Assembly: GCF_964204645.1 (NCBI RefSeq)
Contig: NC_134031.1
Span: 12,945,807-13,009,806, forward strand
Length of the DNA stretch: 64,000 bases
Source: Tubulanus polymorphus
Lineage: Eukaryota > Animalia > Nemertea
Reading direction: 5' to 3'
The notes beneath the pieces are model-generated. The model saw only the letters and a list, made by a program, of their open reading frames with translations, was not told where the DNA came from and ran no database searches. Below, one piece after another: positions 12,719 through 25,229 of the stretch (positions are counted from its first letter, which is position 1; the number at the start of each line of letters is the position of its first letter). Both the position numbers and the translations under genes were made by a program.

Positions 12719-13966
12719 ATGAGTGGGAGTTATATCAATCCTTCTAAGAATCATAGAATATCTAATGCTATTAAAGCAGAAAGATCACATCATATAATTA
12801 CTCATACTCCTTCAAATATTAATCCCGATGAAACTTTATATGTTAGAATTCCGAGATTAACACAAAATACTTTTTATGTTCCAAATAGTATTTATTTATC
12901 AGCCGATATAAAAGTAACCGGTAATAATAATAATTATGTTGTTGATAATGTTGGGAGATATTTGATTAAAAAATTAACAATAAAGATTGGCCCAGAAACA
13001 GTTTTCTCATTAGATGATTATAATTTATTTATGCATTATAAAGATTTATGGTTAACTAAAGAAAATAGAAATAATATGATATTTCAAGGAATCCAATCAG
13101 AAAACCAAAATAAATTAAGATCAGAAGCGCATAATGCAATATTAACTAATGCTATAGATAAATTGATAAAAAGTATATATGGAAGCAAATATAAAATTCC
13201 ATTAGACTTTGAATTGATAAATAACAATGCACCTTTATATAAATACGCAATTCAAGAAGACGTTATATTCGAAATAACATTTGCTCCTGTAAATGAAATT
13301 GTAATATCTAGCGTTAATAAAGATATGAGTTATAAATTATCGAATATATGTTTAGAATATGATACAGTAACTGATGAAAATATTTCAAGTATAATTCAAA
13401 CTAAATACAATCAAGGATTTTCATTATTATATGATTATATTGATAAATTTAAAACTGTAACTATTAATGCAAATGATGAAATAATTAATGAGAATATTAA
13501 CTTCCCAAGAAGATCTATTAAAGGTATATTAATATTTTTTACCATTGCAACATATACTAATGGCGCAATAAATGTTGATAATTATTATAATCCTGAAATA
13601 ACAAAAGTAGAAATAACTATCGAAGGAATAGCAAATAAAATATTTTGTCAAGGAATGAGAATGATTGATCAATGGCCAGAAATTAGAAAACATTTTATGA
13701 ATGAAAAAGTAAAATCATCTGAAAATTGTAACATTAATCAAATTGATTATTATACCGGTAATAAATATGCATTATGGTTAGATTTTAGAACAACAGAGGA
13801 TAATTCATTACATGGTTCTGGGAAAAAGCTACAGAACACTAAAGATGGAATACAATTTTTCATGACAAAGAATAAAGGAATCAAAAATTTCAAAATGCAC
13901 ATTTATATTATATCTGACGCGCAATTAAATATTGTGAATTCACAATTAGATAGTGTTATGTATTAA
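12719..13966 (+). CDS. Major capsid protein (double jelly-roll), intact
   Basis: 415 aa, beta-rich pattern, Polinton MCP-like size and position, highly conserved in B and C. Confidence 0.8.
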   Translation: MSGSYINPSKNHRISNAIKAERSHHIITHTPSNINPDETLYVRIPRLTQNTFYVPNSIYLSADIKVTGNNNNYVVDNVGRYLIKKLTIKIGPETVFSLDDYNLFMHYKDLWLTKENRNNMIFQGIQSENQNKLRSEAHNAILTNAIDKLIKSIYGSKYKIPLDFELINNNAPLYKYAIQEDVIFEITFAPVNEIVISSVNKDMSYKLSNICLEYDTVTDENISSIIQTKYNQGFSLLYDYIDKFKTVTINANDEIINENINFPRRSIKGILIFFTIATYTNGAINVDNYYNPEITKVEITIEGIANKIFCQGMRMIDQWPEIRKHFMNEKVKSSENCNINQIDYYTGNKYALWLDFRTTEDNSLHGSGKKLQNTKDGIQFFMTKNKGIKNFKMHIYIISDAQLNIVNSQLDSVMY

Positions 13967-13998
13967 AATTTTTACTTTAATAAAAATTTATATAATAA

Positions 13999-14897
13999 AT
14001 GGAAGGAGGTAAAGTATATAAACATATTCCATACATCGATACACATGAAAATAATGATGGTTTGTATTATGTTATACCTTGTAATATAGCTTTGATATTT
14101 GATCCTATTTTCAAAATTTATAAAACTAAACTAATAGAAATCGATAATAATAAAAACGAAGTTGTTGATAATTTAAGTAATGTAATACCTACTACATCTA
14201 ATAATGTAATACCTACTACATCTAATAATGTAATACCTACTACATCTAATAATGTAATACCTACTACATCAAATAATGTAATACCTACTACATCAAATAA
14301 TGTAATACCCTCTACATCAAATAATGTAATACCTTCTACATATAATAATGCAATAATATTAAATGTTAGTGAAAATAGAAATTATTGTGATTATTGTAAA
14401 GGTGAATTTTCAAACGCTCCATCAAATTGGAATAAACATATGAATACAAGGGTACATATTACTAATGTTATAGAACGTGTTGGTTTAAGAGAATTTATAG
14501 AACACCCATTTAGATATATTACAAAATTTGTTTCAAATAAAAAAGTAAATGATAAAGAATTATATGAAGATTTATTATTAGCAACACCTAATAAAGATGA
14601 ATTAGATTTAACTGATGCTAATGAAATATTAGGATCAAACGCTGTAAATGAAATATTAGGAGCAAACACTAATAAAGATGATAATGAAAATACAGGAAAG
14701 CGCATTGACAATAAAGATTCTATGTAACTTAAATCAGAAAATAAAGATATAGTTGAGATGCCTAATAAGTATATCAATAAACCAATTATTTATGAAGATA
14801 CGGTAGAGCATTTGAATAAATTGTTAGGGCCTGATAATGAATTGGAGAGTGATGATGAAAGTGATTCAGAAATTAATTATCTAACAATCAAATAATA
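13999..14897 (+). pseudogene. Zn-finger protein with NNVIPTTS repeats, premature stop at 14727
   Basis: 24-bp coding tandem repeat at ~14178-14350; CDYC..HMNTRVH; full-length homologue 36151-37017. Confidence 0.75.
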
Positions 14898-14899
14898 AT

Positions 14900-15212
14900 A
14901 AAGGTTGAAAATTGTATAAAATAATAGTAAATAAAAAAAGGGGTTTTAAGTATTAAGGTATCTAATACATACATTATCTTATTTTATAAACTGATATTCA
15001 TATGGAAATTGAAACCTCAGTAATAATAAATAACCTTTATTATTTTCAAACTTATTCATATATTTGTTGAAAAATAAAAATAAATTGGTTGAAAATTGTA
15101 TAAATAATATTTATTAAAAAAAGGGGGTTTTAAGTATTTAAGGTATCTAATAGGGTATCAGGTATTAGGGTATCTAATAGGGTATCTAATAGGGTATCTA
15201 ATACATAGGTAT
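14900..15212 (+). repeat. Intergenic duplicated block with GGGTATCTAATA iterons
   Basis: Two copies of GGTTGAAAATTGTATAAA..AAAGGGGGTTTTAAGTATT followed by tandem GGTATCTAATA. Confidence 0.85.
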
Positions 15213-15220
15213 ATAAATAG

Positions 15221-15832
15221 TTATTTTATAAATTTATATTCATAGGGAAATTGTAATCTCAGTAATAATTTTGAACCTTTATTATTCTTTAATTTATTCA
15301 TATATTCATCATGTAATTCAGTAGGTATAATTTGAATTTCTTCCAATGATTGTTGCATAGATTTTTTATCTTTGTTATAGAATAAAACTAGAAATCTTAT
15401 ATTCTCCCTAAAGTCTTTAACAATTGAATTATATTTTTGATTTAAAACCCATGTTGTTATCCCGAAATGTCTTCCAGAGAAAGCTAGATAACATAACTCA
15501 CTTTCTCTCACTTTTGAATCATGTAAATTAGCGCAATCATCTACAATGAATAATGTATTTGATCCTTTATAAGTATCAATTGCTATTTTTATACAATTAT
15601 CTAAATTTTCTTTTACGGTTTTAGGATCTAATATAATAAACTTTTTTATCTTAACTATATCTCTATTATATGTTTTATTCATTTCATAAGTAGGACAGAA
15701 TAATATTATATTATCAAAATGATTCTTATAAATAGTTTCTAACAAATCTAATATGAAATGTGTTTTACCACAGTTTGTTACTCCAGTTATTAACATATTA
15801 TGCGGTTCGAATATGAATAAATCTTTATTCAT
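15221..15832 (-). CDS. A32/FtsK-like genome packaging ATPase
   Basis: Walker A GVTNCGKT, Walker B LFIVDD, GRHFGIT..LNQ. Confidence 0.92.
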   Translation of the reverse strand: MNKDLFIFEPHNMLITGVTNCGKTHFILDLLETIYKNHFDNIILFCPTYEMNKTYNRDIVKIKKFIILDPKTVKENLDNCIKIAIDTYKGSNTLFIVDDCANLHDSKVRESELCYLAFSGRHFGITTWVLNQKYNSIVKDFRENIRFLVLFYNKDKKSMQQSLEEIQIIPTELHDEYMNKLKNNKGSKLLLRLQFPYEYKFIK

Positions 15833-16927
15833 TTATTCTTTTAATTTTACTAGATAAAATCCATTCATTAAATTTATCATCATATCCTTTTTATTTCACC
15901 AAAGAATACTTTTTCCTTTAAGAGACTTTGTTTTCAATACTTTTTCTATTTTGTATTCTATTTCATCTGGATTTGGTACAAGTGATAATTCTTGTTCATA
16001 GAAATAACCTAATATTTCTTCGTCTTTTAGATCTTCTAATTTATAAACAAAAGGTTTAGTTAATATCATATTTTTAATCTTAAATATTTCTTCAGTAAAA
16101 TTTGGAGTATAACCTTTATAAAATGTTTTTCTATATTTAGATATTCTAACATGTTGTCTTATTTTAAATTTAGGTTCTCCGAAATCATGTGTAACAAACG
16201 CACCATATAAATTATTCCAAACTATTTCCGAATTATCTTCTTTTCTAGCTTGTATAGGTTTCATATTTATAGAACTATGTTCAGAATTATTATAACCTTT
16301 CACTAAATCATCTAATATATTTAAAGACTCATCGATATATTTATATGTTTCATTAGCAGTAAAATATTTCCACATTCTAGTTTTCAATGTTTTATTAAAT
16401 CTTTCTATAATAGATGCTTTTTTATCTGAATGTGTCGAAAAATATTCTCCATCGTTATCAGATAATAGTTTTTTTAAATGTTTGTTATAGAATTCCTTAC
16501 CTTCATCAAATTGTATCTTATCTGGAATAGCTTCTCTAAATATTGATTTAAAAGCATTTGTAACTTCTATTCCAGTTTTATTTTTGATTGGAATTGACCA
16601 TGCGTATCTACTGAATATGTCTATAACATTTAATATCCAGAAATATCCTTTGTTGTATTCCTCTAAGTTCTTCATGTCAATTAAATCTGCTTGCCATTGT
16701 TGATCGATATATGAAACCATAACTTTTCTTGTTAAATAAGTTTTATCCATTTTCTTGTGGATTTGATATGTTGGTTGATTTTGTAACCATGATTTTAATG
16801 CACTATATTTTATATTACCATTTTCTTTATCAGATTTAATTTTATCCCATAATTCTGTAACGCTAGAATATGATACTTCACTTTCTGGGTTATAATATAA
16901 ATCTCTTAAATATTGTTCTTTTTTCAT
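15833..16927 (-). CDS. Retroviral-type (rve) integrase with C-terminal chromodomain (frameshift in chromodomain)
   Basis: WQADLIDM, IDIFSRY, QFDEGKEF, IERFNKTLK; likely start MKKEQYL at 16927 by comparison with B. Confidence 0.92.
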
Positions 16928-19169
16928 CTTATTTTGATACCATTGGCGGACGATCCCACACGTTTCTTGCTCCAGCCCTAGAATGCTCAATATTCGTCAT
17001 GAACCCCGATTTGAGTTTAAATTCAAAATACTCCTAAAACACACCTGTTAACTAGATTACTCTAAAACATCTTTATGTGCAAGAATCAGTGAAATTGGCG
17101 CTTTATCAGTTGTATTCATCATTCGTACCCACGAATCTCGTATCGTATCCTATTAATGTGGAGACCCATCCTCGTAAAGAGAATGAATAGGCTCTGTTGC
17201 GTTCATATCATTTGATATGAGGCTACGTGTCATCTTCAATTGAAATCACGTTGTTTTTTTAAAGGGTGGGCGAGAATATATTCTTATGTTTTTGTTTCTC
17301 TGAATGTTGCTATTTAAGAGATCAATAATTTCAGTCTACCAAACAAAGGATTTTCCGTATGTTTCGTGACATGTTTTTCCATAACCCTAGGAGAGCATTT
17401 TAGGTATTTTTTTGCGGATGACCGAAAGCTGCTGTCCCTTTCTAGTAATTTGATGATATCCGTCGAAATCTAAATTCTAAAAAGGAATCAGGCATATCTT
17501 CTTTATTGACTAAATATGAACTCAACAACAAGTGACACTCCCTTCAAAGGCGCCGAAGTAAAATCATGTGTCGAGTGGAGATGATATTGTGTCAGAATTT
17601 CTTCAAAATCGGAGAAAATTGAATATTTTAAAAATAATCATTTTACATGTATGTTTAAATCCGTTATAACTGGAGCAATTTTCATGAAAAAAATATCTAT
17701 GGAATCAGCGAAATGTAATTAAGAGGAATACTATGTTTAAAAAGTTATCAAAGACATTTGAAAAAAGTTTTCTGAATTCGTCAACTGTTAAACTAGTAAC
17801 AACCAGATGTGTTCCCATTAAACCACCGACCGCGAGCCGAGTCGATGTGAGATGTGCCCTACACTGAAAATCTCAAGTGCTATACAACCGGTTTTTTAGG
17901 TGCCTCTGAATGTCGGCCGTTAAAAAACTGAACAATTACCATTTGGAAAGGGCCTACGTAGTTAGAGAAAATTCAAGATGTGTATATCGTGTGAGATACA
18001 GGCTCCATATTTCATGTGCGTTTGGAATTTAACCTTGTTTATAACGAAACACGCATGTATTTATGCTATTTTAGATTTAAAAAGAGCGCACGAAAGTGTT
18101 TCATGAGACCCGCAAATAACGTCAAGTTATTTATGCATTTTTGATTTATATGAATAAATTTCGCTTCGAAATCTTAAAATTTCTCAGGTGGATTATTCAA
18201 TAAATTCACAACAGTCCATTATGGATTAGTTTGACGCCAATCGTTCTTTTAAAGATCTTTCTTTCTCGAAGAAAGATTTTCTTAAAAACTTTGATTATGG
18301 CGAATCTTTTATGTGTCCGATAGTTAAACCTTCGGGTATTATACTAGAACACAAATTTTTAAAGATACTGAAGGATATCACAGGTTATACCCGAACATAT
18401 GCAGTTGGATAGATCTTTTTGTTTCGACTCGCATGCGACAGTAAAAACGGTACTTGATATAATAAGTGAACTTCATCATTGATATTTTCACTAATCTACT
18501 TGAATTCCAAAAAAGAACTGACAATGAAAAAGGGTTACAGACTGATATCGCTCCAAATTTCAATTCCTATGAACACTTTTAATATAAAGAAAACTATTAA
18601 CGAAACAGTTTTTAGAGGCGAAGAATCCGCGTTACCATCGAATTTTCAAAACTTGAAGGAATGGTTAATGCCTCGGTGACCACTGGTCTAGTACGCGGTT
18701 TTCTGAAATGAAAGTGGCCAAGTCTAAAGAACAACTATTGTATCACATGATTTCAAATATTAGGAACTCAATGCGTTTAATGATTTAATTAATTGGTATC
18801 GCGCAGATTGGTTGAAAGACGGGTGTTAGTCACCTTGTGATTTAATTGTTTTTCATGCATCGATTAATTAATCTTATTATAACTTATTTTTGGCGCATCC
18901 CGCAAACATTTTCTATTCGTTGAGTTTTCAAACGCGGTACTGTTCAGATGATTCGAGTCAAGTAGTAAAAAAGTTTATGTATTAGCATTACTATGCAGTG
19001 AAAATAACGCACTGCGGCAAGTGAGGTGCTGTGATCCAGATGTGTAACCCATTTATGGGTAATAAATTTCCATCATGTCAACGCCATTCAAAAACAGTAG
19101 CAAAACTTTCTGCTGGTTTCTAGAAATAGCAATACGACGACAAGCACTTTCGAATTCGACCACGATATT

Positions 19170-19430
19170 TGAGAAGTTTCACTGGTGGTCAGTGATGGTC
19201 AATTTATGAATTTTAATGGCGAATCCTTTCTAGTTTTACACCAAAAGCGGTACCGGTATATCGTTCTTTCAAGAAGTTTCAATTGGTCAGTGGTGGTCAG
19301 TGATGGTCAATTTATGAATTTTCAGTGGCGAATCCTTTCTAGTTTGACACCATAACGCGGTTTATCGTTTTCATATTCGAGAAGTTTGAATTGGTCATTG
19401 GTGGTCAGTGATGGTCAGTGATGAATTTGC
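19170..19430 (+). repeat. ~108-bp degenerate tandem repeat
   Basis: GGTGGTCAGTGATGGTCA recurs at ~19184, ~19292 and ~19400. Confidence 0.75.
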
Positions 19431-20452
19431 AATGATGATTCCTTAGAGGTTTGAAAACAAACATTACATGATAAATTTACGAAATTCGAAGTCAAGTGGT
19501 CAGACTCGGGGATATCTCAATTGGTCAGTTACTGACCATCATGGTGTCACCATTGTGGTCTAAGCTCAAATGAAACATGTGGAACCGACGAAGGGGCCCA
19601 AAAGCGTTAAGTCATTTCCTGGAGTGACGTGATCCAAAAACGCCCTAACTGGAAAAGGCAGTCTCTCAATTGGATGAAACCAAATCGGACAGGACAATTA
19701 AAATTTGGGAAGGCCACAGGTAGTGGTCTTTCTACGAAGCCCACGCGGTGAGCGTATTATTATGAAATCTTTTTTTAAACCACCATGTACCACGAAGTAA
19801 TAAGCATCGTTGTAAGCACTTGAAACAGCCATTAACCACTTGAAACTGTCAGATCAAACATCATACCGCATAGCCGCAAAGAGGGGTGGTTCAGCAAACC
19901 GGAGTTTTCATTAGCCTCTCTAGACTACCCGGCTAGTACGGGTAGCCGAGCAAACCGGAAAACTCATAATGAGTACCGGGTATATAAAATCAATAAACAA
20001 CAATACTTGCTTAATTCTTTCGTTGCGTCATTTATTTAATTATTGGAATTTTGTTCTAGACAAAATGTCGAGGTACCAAAAGTTTATTTCTGTTTTCGTG
20101 GAAACTAAAGGTTCTGAAAAACCTAGTAGGCCTAGTCTTCATGAAAACTTCAAACTTCCGTATATGTTGATGGAGCCCAGTGCCTGCATAATCTTTTTCG
20201 TAGGAATTCACCCTAACCCTAATTCAGATAAAAATTAAGTTTTGTGACTCTATCATCCTACGAATAAAAATTATGCTGCCTGGCAACAGGAGAGGCTGAA
20301 CCAGAAACAAACAAACAATTCCACTAGTGACTTGTAGTAGACTTCAACTGGGATTTCCCCAATACCGGGTACCGGTATCGATCTTTTACGCACTTGTTGG
20401 TACATCATTAATGAAATTAATGTTTTATTTGTGTTCTTTGCATCAATATAAT

Positions 20453-20594
20453 TGGGGGGGGGGGGGGTGGTCATGGGTGCGATGGTACGTACCTAAGAGG
20501 GGGGTCAGTGAATTTGGTACAAAGGTGGTACAAGGGGGAGGGGGGTCAGAAAAACGGGAGATTTCGAGGTACGTAATTTGTGAACGCTCCCTTA
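20453..20594. mobile_element. Probable end of a Harbinger-like MITE
   Basis: G-tracts followed by TACGTAATTTGTGAACGCTCCCT-TA, resembling common MITE TIRs; partner TIR not found. Confidence 0.35.
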
Positions 20595-20923
20595 CACAAT
20601 TTTAAAATTTGAATATACATGTACATAGTTCTGATTGACTTAAAAAAATTGGATTACAACACGGCCTACAGCATTTTAATAGTGCATACGGTGCAGATGA
20701 TGTTAAGTGACATTGAGTACAATATGGTGAATATTACAAGTCATTGATATACAAATATGGTGATTGTCAAACATTTCTCTACAACCATCGGGTTACTAAG
20801 ATATAAAAAATTATTATGTGTAAAAAGTTAAAAAGCAAACCAAAATGGCCAAATTAGCTCACCTGTTGCCGAAGTGTGCAGAAAATAAATGTTATCAAAT
20901 TACCTACCTCCAATTATTATATA

Positions 20924-20926
<3 letters not shown>

Positions 20927-21019
<93 letters not shown>
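20927..21019. repeat. (TA)n microsatellite
   Basis: ~90 bp perfect TA run. Confidence 0.98.
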
Positions 21020-21021
<2 letters not shown>

Positions 21022-22104
21022 GGTATATATATGCCAATGAGTCCACACATTTACAATGGACAAAAATTTTCCACAACTTTAAATGTTCCTATATTCAAAT
21101 AATTAGCATATTTTTTATGTGAACTAATCGACACCACATTTGTGCTCTGTAATGATCCCAATAACCTTTATCAAAAATACATCATAGGCCTATACATGTT
21201 ATATGGAGTATTAGACAAAAACATTAAGTCAAAAAGCAGTAAGTGAAAGAGAAAAAAGCATGTTGCACCCCTACCAAAAGTATGTTTTGGTATTAAGTCC
21301 ATTCAAGTCAAGCATTTATAAAATTAAAAATATAACCAGAAAATTATAGTTTAAGTAGGCTAGGCCAAGCAAAACTGGCAGCTTGTCAAAGCGGCATCAT
21401 GGGGGGGGGGAAGCATCTACCCCCCATAATTTTGGTTACGACCAAATTTTGGAATGATCACCATTAGGCTATATATTGTGATTTCGCTGAAATGAAATGA
21501 AGTGGTTTGCCCCAATAATATCTGTAATTCCGGTGACGCGCGCCTGGATGTATTAGCCTCTATAGTCATACGATCATATCGAAAAACAGTACAGGAAGGC
21601 TTATTCGTACTGGTGTATATATGCTGTTTGCGAGGCCATATGTCAACACGACAAGTGTTTTCTTAACACAACACTCATCAGCTTATAAGTTATCATACTG
21701 TTCTATAGGCCTAGATAGATAGAACAGAAAACAATTAACAAGACTACTAGGTCTAGAGTCAGAGAGACATTGGAATTACGGTAAAAGATAAACATAACAC
21801 CACTATATTCAGAGAACTTTTCCTTCCACCAGACGCACCACTTAGTTCTTGACTTCAATTCGTGTTCATTGATGAGTGCTGAGACCGCCATAAAATCATG
21901 ACAATCATGACAAAAATAAGACGGATCGGAAGATGAAGTTGAATCGTCCGCCATTTTAGGTACGTAGGTAAAGTCTAAATGTATAATTTGCAGACCGAAA
22001 TGAAGGTGACTCCCAGCCATCTGAAAGCCGTCAGACCCGTAAACTTGTGATGTCAAGGTCATGAATGGGAATCCCTTATTTCGGACTCATGGATCGGACT
22101 GTAG

Positions 22105-23333
22105 TGTAGCGGAAATTCCCTCGAGAGCGCCAAATTCAAAATCAATTTCCTTTAATCGCCATAGATAGCGTCACGAAATAATCGCCACAGATAGCGTCAT
22201 AATGTCATAATGTTATAACTACTCTATCGAACGTTAATCATCCGTCTTGTTCCTTTATGGCTGTTATATATCCGGGCCAAATTTCCAGTTTATGCTGCGG
22301 CACGAACTCTCAGTGAAGGTTCAGGCCGGAATTCTTATTAACTAATTTATGATGGAAAAGTTAGATCGAGCTTCGTTGTTGACAAACTTAATCACGCGTG
22401 ATCGTGACGTCACGTGTTCCTCGTGACCTCTAACCAATGAGACGCGTCGGGGACAAAGAACTCTGACCAATGGAGGGCATCGGGGACAAAAACTTCCATC
22501 CAATCAAAACGTCGGGGACTGGGAGCCCTATATAAGGCGCGCAGAACTCTAGTTCAGGATTCATTTTTCGATTGGCATCGCCGCGGAAAAAGAATACACA
22601 TAGTTATATATTACAAGCGACTCTCGAGCGACAATTATACGTGACACGATGTAAGCGCTACCTCTTACGTCCCGATAGGGACCCCCCCGTCTTAGGGGAT
22701 GTGATCACTTGTTACTACAGTTAAGATAGTTGATATATTATTATTATTATTATTGCCTTGCCGCGGCCTTGATTGCCCGGTTTTTGCGGTTACCGCCATG
22801 TTCTTTTATCCAAATTCCTTATCCTAATCTATCATTATTAGAATAACTTATCAAGGGTTGCTCCTAATGACGACCTTGTAATTTCAAATTATGTGGAATG
22901 TCCCGGGTGGGTGGATTTCGGCGACGGTGGCTGCTGTTCGGTAGATGTCCTCGCAGTAGGCCTATCGGTTTGCCTTCAGCTGATGGTACTAGATGGAAGA
23001 CGATGGCTACTGGTGTGGATGGTACAGCCACCCTGAGGGACTTGCCGGTGTAAGATGAGGCTTGGTGTGGAAGATTCAACCGCTGACGGGAATGGTTCAT
23101 TGGTCCGTGGAACGACGAAGAATGAAGCAGTGTCTACGCAATCCACCGAAAGATGTCCGATGGGATTCTGCAGAGACTGCAAGCTGGCCGGGTACCGACC
23201 CTGTCGCTGGATCCATTCCCCCCTTACCTTAATCCTTCCTTTGTTATTCGGGGTTTATCCGTCCTATATCTCGTATAGTATTATCGATCGACGATCGACT
23301 AAAAGTATTAAGTATTATTATTGAGTCGCCACA
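22105..23333 (+). mobile_element. Probable LTR
   Basis: TGTAGCG...CGCCACA ends; three CCAAT..TCGGGGAC repeats (22433-22520) then TATATAA at 22529; no second LTR found. Confidence 0.4.
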
Positions 23334-24625
23334 TCATTGTGATGCTGGGACTGGGACACGGCGAGGGTTATCCCTCTCCGTCTCCCAGTCGCTCATATAT
23401 CGAGCTAGATTAGTTCAAGCTTGTGACAATCAGGCAGTTTAGCCATCTGACCGTTAGTATTATGAACCTGCGGGATCTAACCGTTCAGGCTACCTCGCGT
23501 CAATCCGCGTCAGTGTATATCATATGGGTAGAATTAACCCCTTATTATTTTAGTCGGGTGCCGTCAACGGCCTTAGTGCATTTATACCCGCAAGCAAAGC
23601 TGCGTGCGGTATTTTTCTAGCTATTCATAGAGAAAGGTGTGAGAGTACTCTTCCAAATGCATTACAATTCGTTGGTTTAACTAAACCTCTTGAGTCTCGG
23701 AATTTGTCGGGTGACGATTAGCCATTCTGCCAGTGGTAGTCCAGGTCGAAACCAAGTCTTCCCTTGATGTGTTACTTCCTAAGAGGACCGGAGATGAGTG
23801 TCCCGAAGAAAGAATGGAGGGCCAGGGAACTGATCAGTCCCTGCGTCGGACCACCAGTGAAGGCGAATTCCAACCAAGATGAAGAATCCCTGTAGTGGTA
23901 GTTCAAGAGGAGGTGTTATCGAGTCGGCCCTGGGGCCGGGTTCAGATATTGGGATCTGTCTATCGTCACTGACATTTCCGCTTCAGACTCAAGCCTTTTA
24001 TTTATTTAATTTCATAGTTGTACCTCTCACCCCTTTCTCCCCCTAGATGTTCTTTCATAGCGTGAGTTAACCACATTTCGTACGAAATATTAGTTGAACA
24101 TGATTAGGCTGACGAGCAGTCATTTAGTGAGATATTGTGACCTTATCCTAGGGGTCTACTAGTATTACGAGTATTAAAGGTATTACGAGTATTAAAAGTA
24201 TTTCTATGAATGAGCACTACGAGTAGCGAGCAACATTCCATTTATAAATTTTGCGTTGTTGAGGCAATAAACATGTCTAACGTTACGTTTTACGAATAAC
24301 GGTCTTATGTCTTTATTGAGTGGATTTCTGAGTCCGAGTCAGTTCAACCAGTTTCGGGAACAACTCTGGAACCGATAAGGACACGCTACCCAGAACGAAG
24401 GAGTCCGAGTTGTTGTTGGTCGCCTTCAGGTTAAGGACGATTGGACCCGAAGACCCACCTAGAATCGATAGGAGGCACGACGTGTAGAGGGGAGCCCCGA
24501 CGAAGTTATTTGGCCCGGCCCGTGCGTTAGGGAGGCCAAGCTGTAGACCAGTACTGAGCGGCGGTATATTGTCTGGCGCAGCCGTTGCGAGAAAATCTGG
24601 CCCGGAGAGCCAGTCGGTTACTGTG

Positions 24626-25082
24626 AGTAATAGGGGTGATAGGCTTTCAGATCAAAGGTCGAACGGTCGAGCTCATTAAAAACAAAACATTAAAAGTAAT
24701 TTAAAACTATAATATGTTTTCATAACCGTGTGTATTTTATATTATAACTAAATATTTATTCTAAGATATCAATAATTTAAAAAACATATTGTATCAATTG
24801 GTCGCTCCACTTCGCTAACGCTCCGCTCCGCGACCAATTGATTTATTTACAATACACAAATTCATATAATCAAATATATTTTAATAATAATAATTATTCT
24901 ATTATTCAACTGAAATACACACGGTTATGAAAATATATTATAGTTTTAAATTACTTTTAATATTTGTTTTTAATGAACTCGACCATTCAACCTTTAACCT
25001 GAAAGCCTATTACCCCTATTACTCTTAAAATAATCATATACATGAATAACATTTAAATTGACAGATTATTCAATATAAAAGT
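24626..25082 (+). repeat. Left TIR of B, containing ~400-bp palindrome (24626-25023)
   Basis: Reverse complement of 42046-42513; internal arms AGTAATAGGGG...CCCCTATTACT, central stem TCAATTGGTCGC/GCGACCAATTGA. Confidence 0.95.
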
Positions 25083-25229
25083 ATATATTTACAACATTAT
25101 TTCAATATTCATATTTGTATGAGTTAGATTTTTAAACATTAAAAGTGTTAGTAAAGTGTGATTGAAATAATACATGATATAAATCATTGAACTTCTAAAA
25201 TCAATTTTTAAAAAAAATTTGATATTAAA

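Larger units (their letters stand above)
2737..16940 (+). mobile_element. Maverick/Polinton element A, right end truncated
   Basis: AGTAATAGGG terminus; pPolB, penton, MCP, ATPase and integrase genes; no right TIR or second copy of flank CACAGC found; AT-rich viral sequence stops just upstream of the integrase ATG. Confidence 0.93.

Noticed and set aside
12239-12754. Antisense ORFs recurring in all three elements (also 34391-34834, 53692-54147)
   Set aside because: Shadow of the conserved hydrophobic C-terminus on the + strand; no TAAATG start and variable starts
16928-16990. N-terminal extension MSILGLEQ.. of integrase A
   Set aside because: Runs into flanking non-viral DNA; B shows the true start is MKKEQY
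16941-20400. Right TIR or TSD of element A, or a host gene
   Set aside because: No inverted copy of the left end and no convincing coding signal; appears to be decayed repeat DNA
20845-21102. 85-aa ORF with YI repeats
   Set aside because: Translation of the TA microsatellite
21703-22062. 119-aa minus-strand ORF with AAAATGGCG start context and CHDC motif
   Set aside because: Might be a first exon, but no recognisable domain or downstream exons
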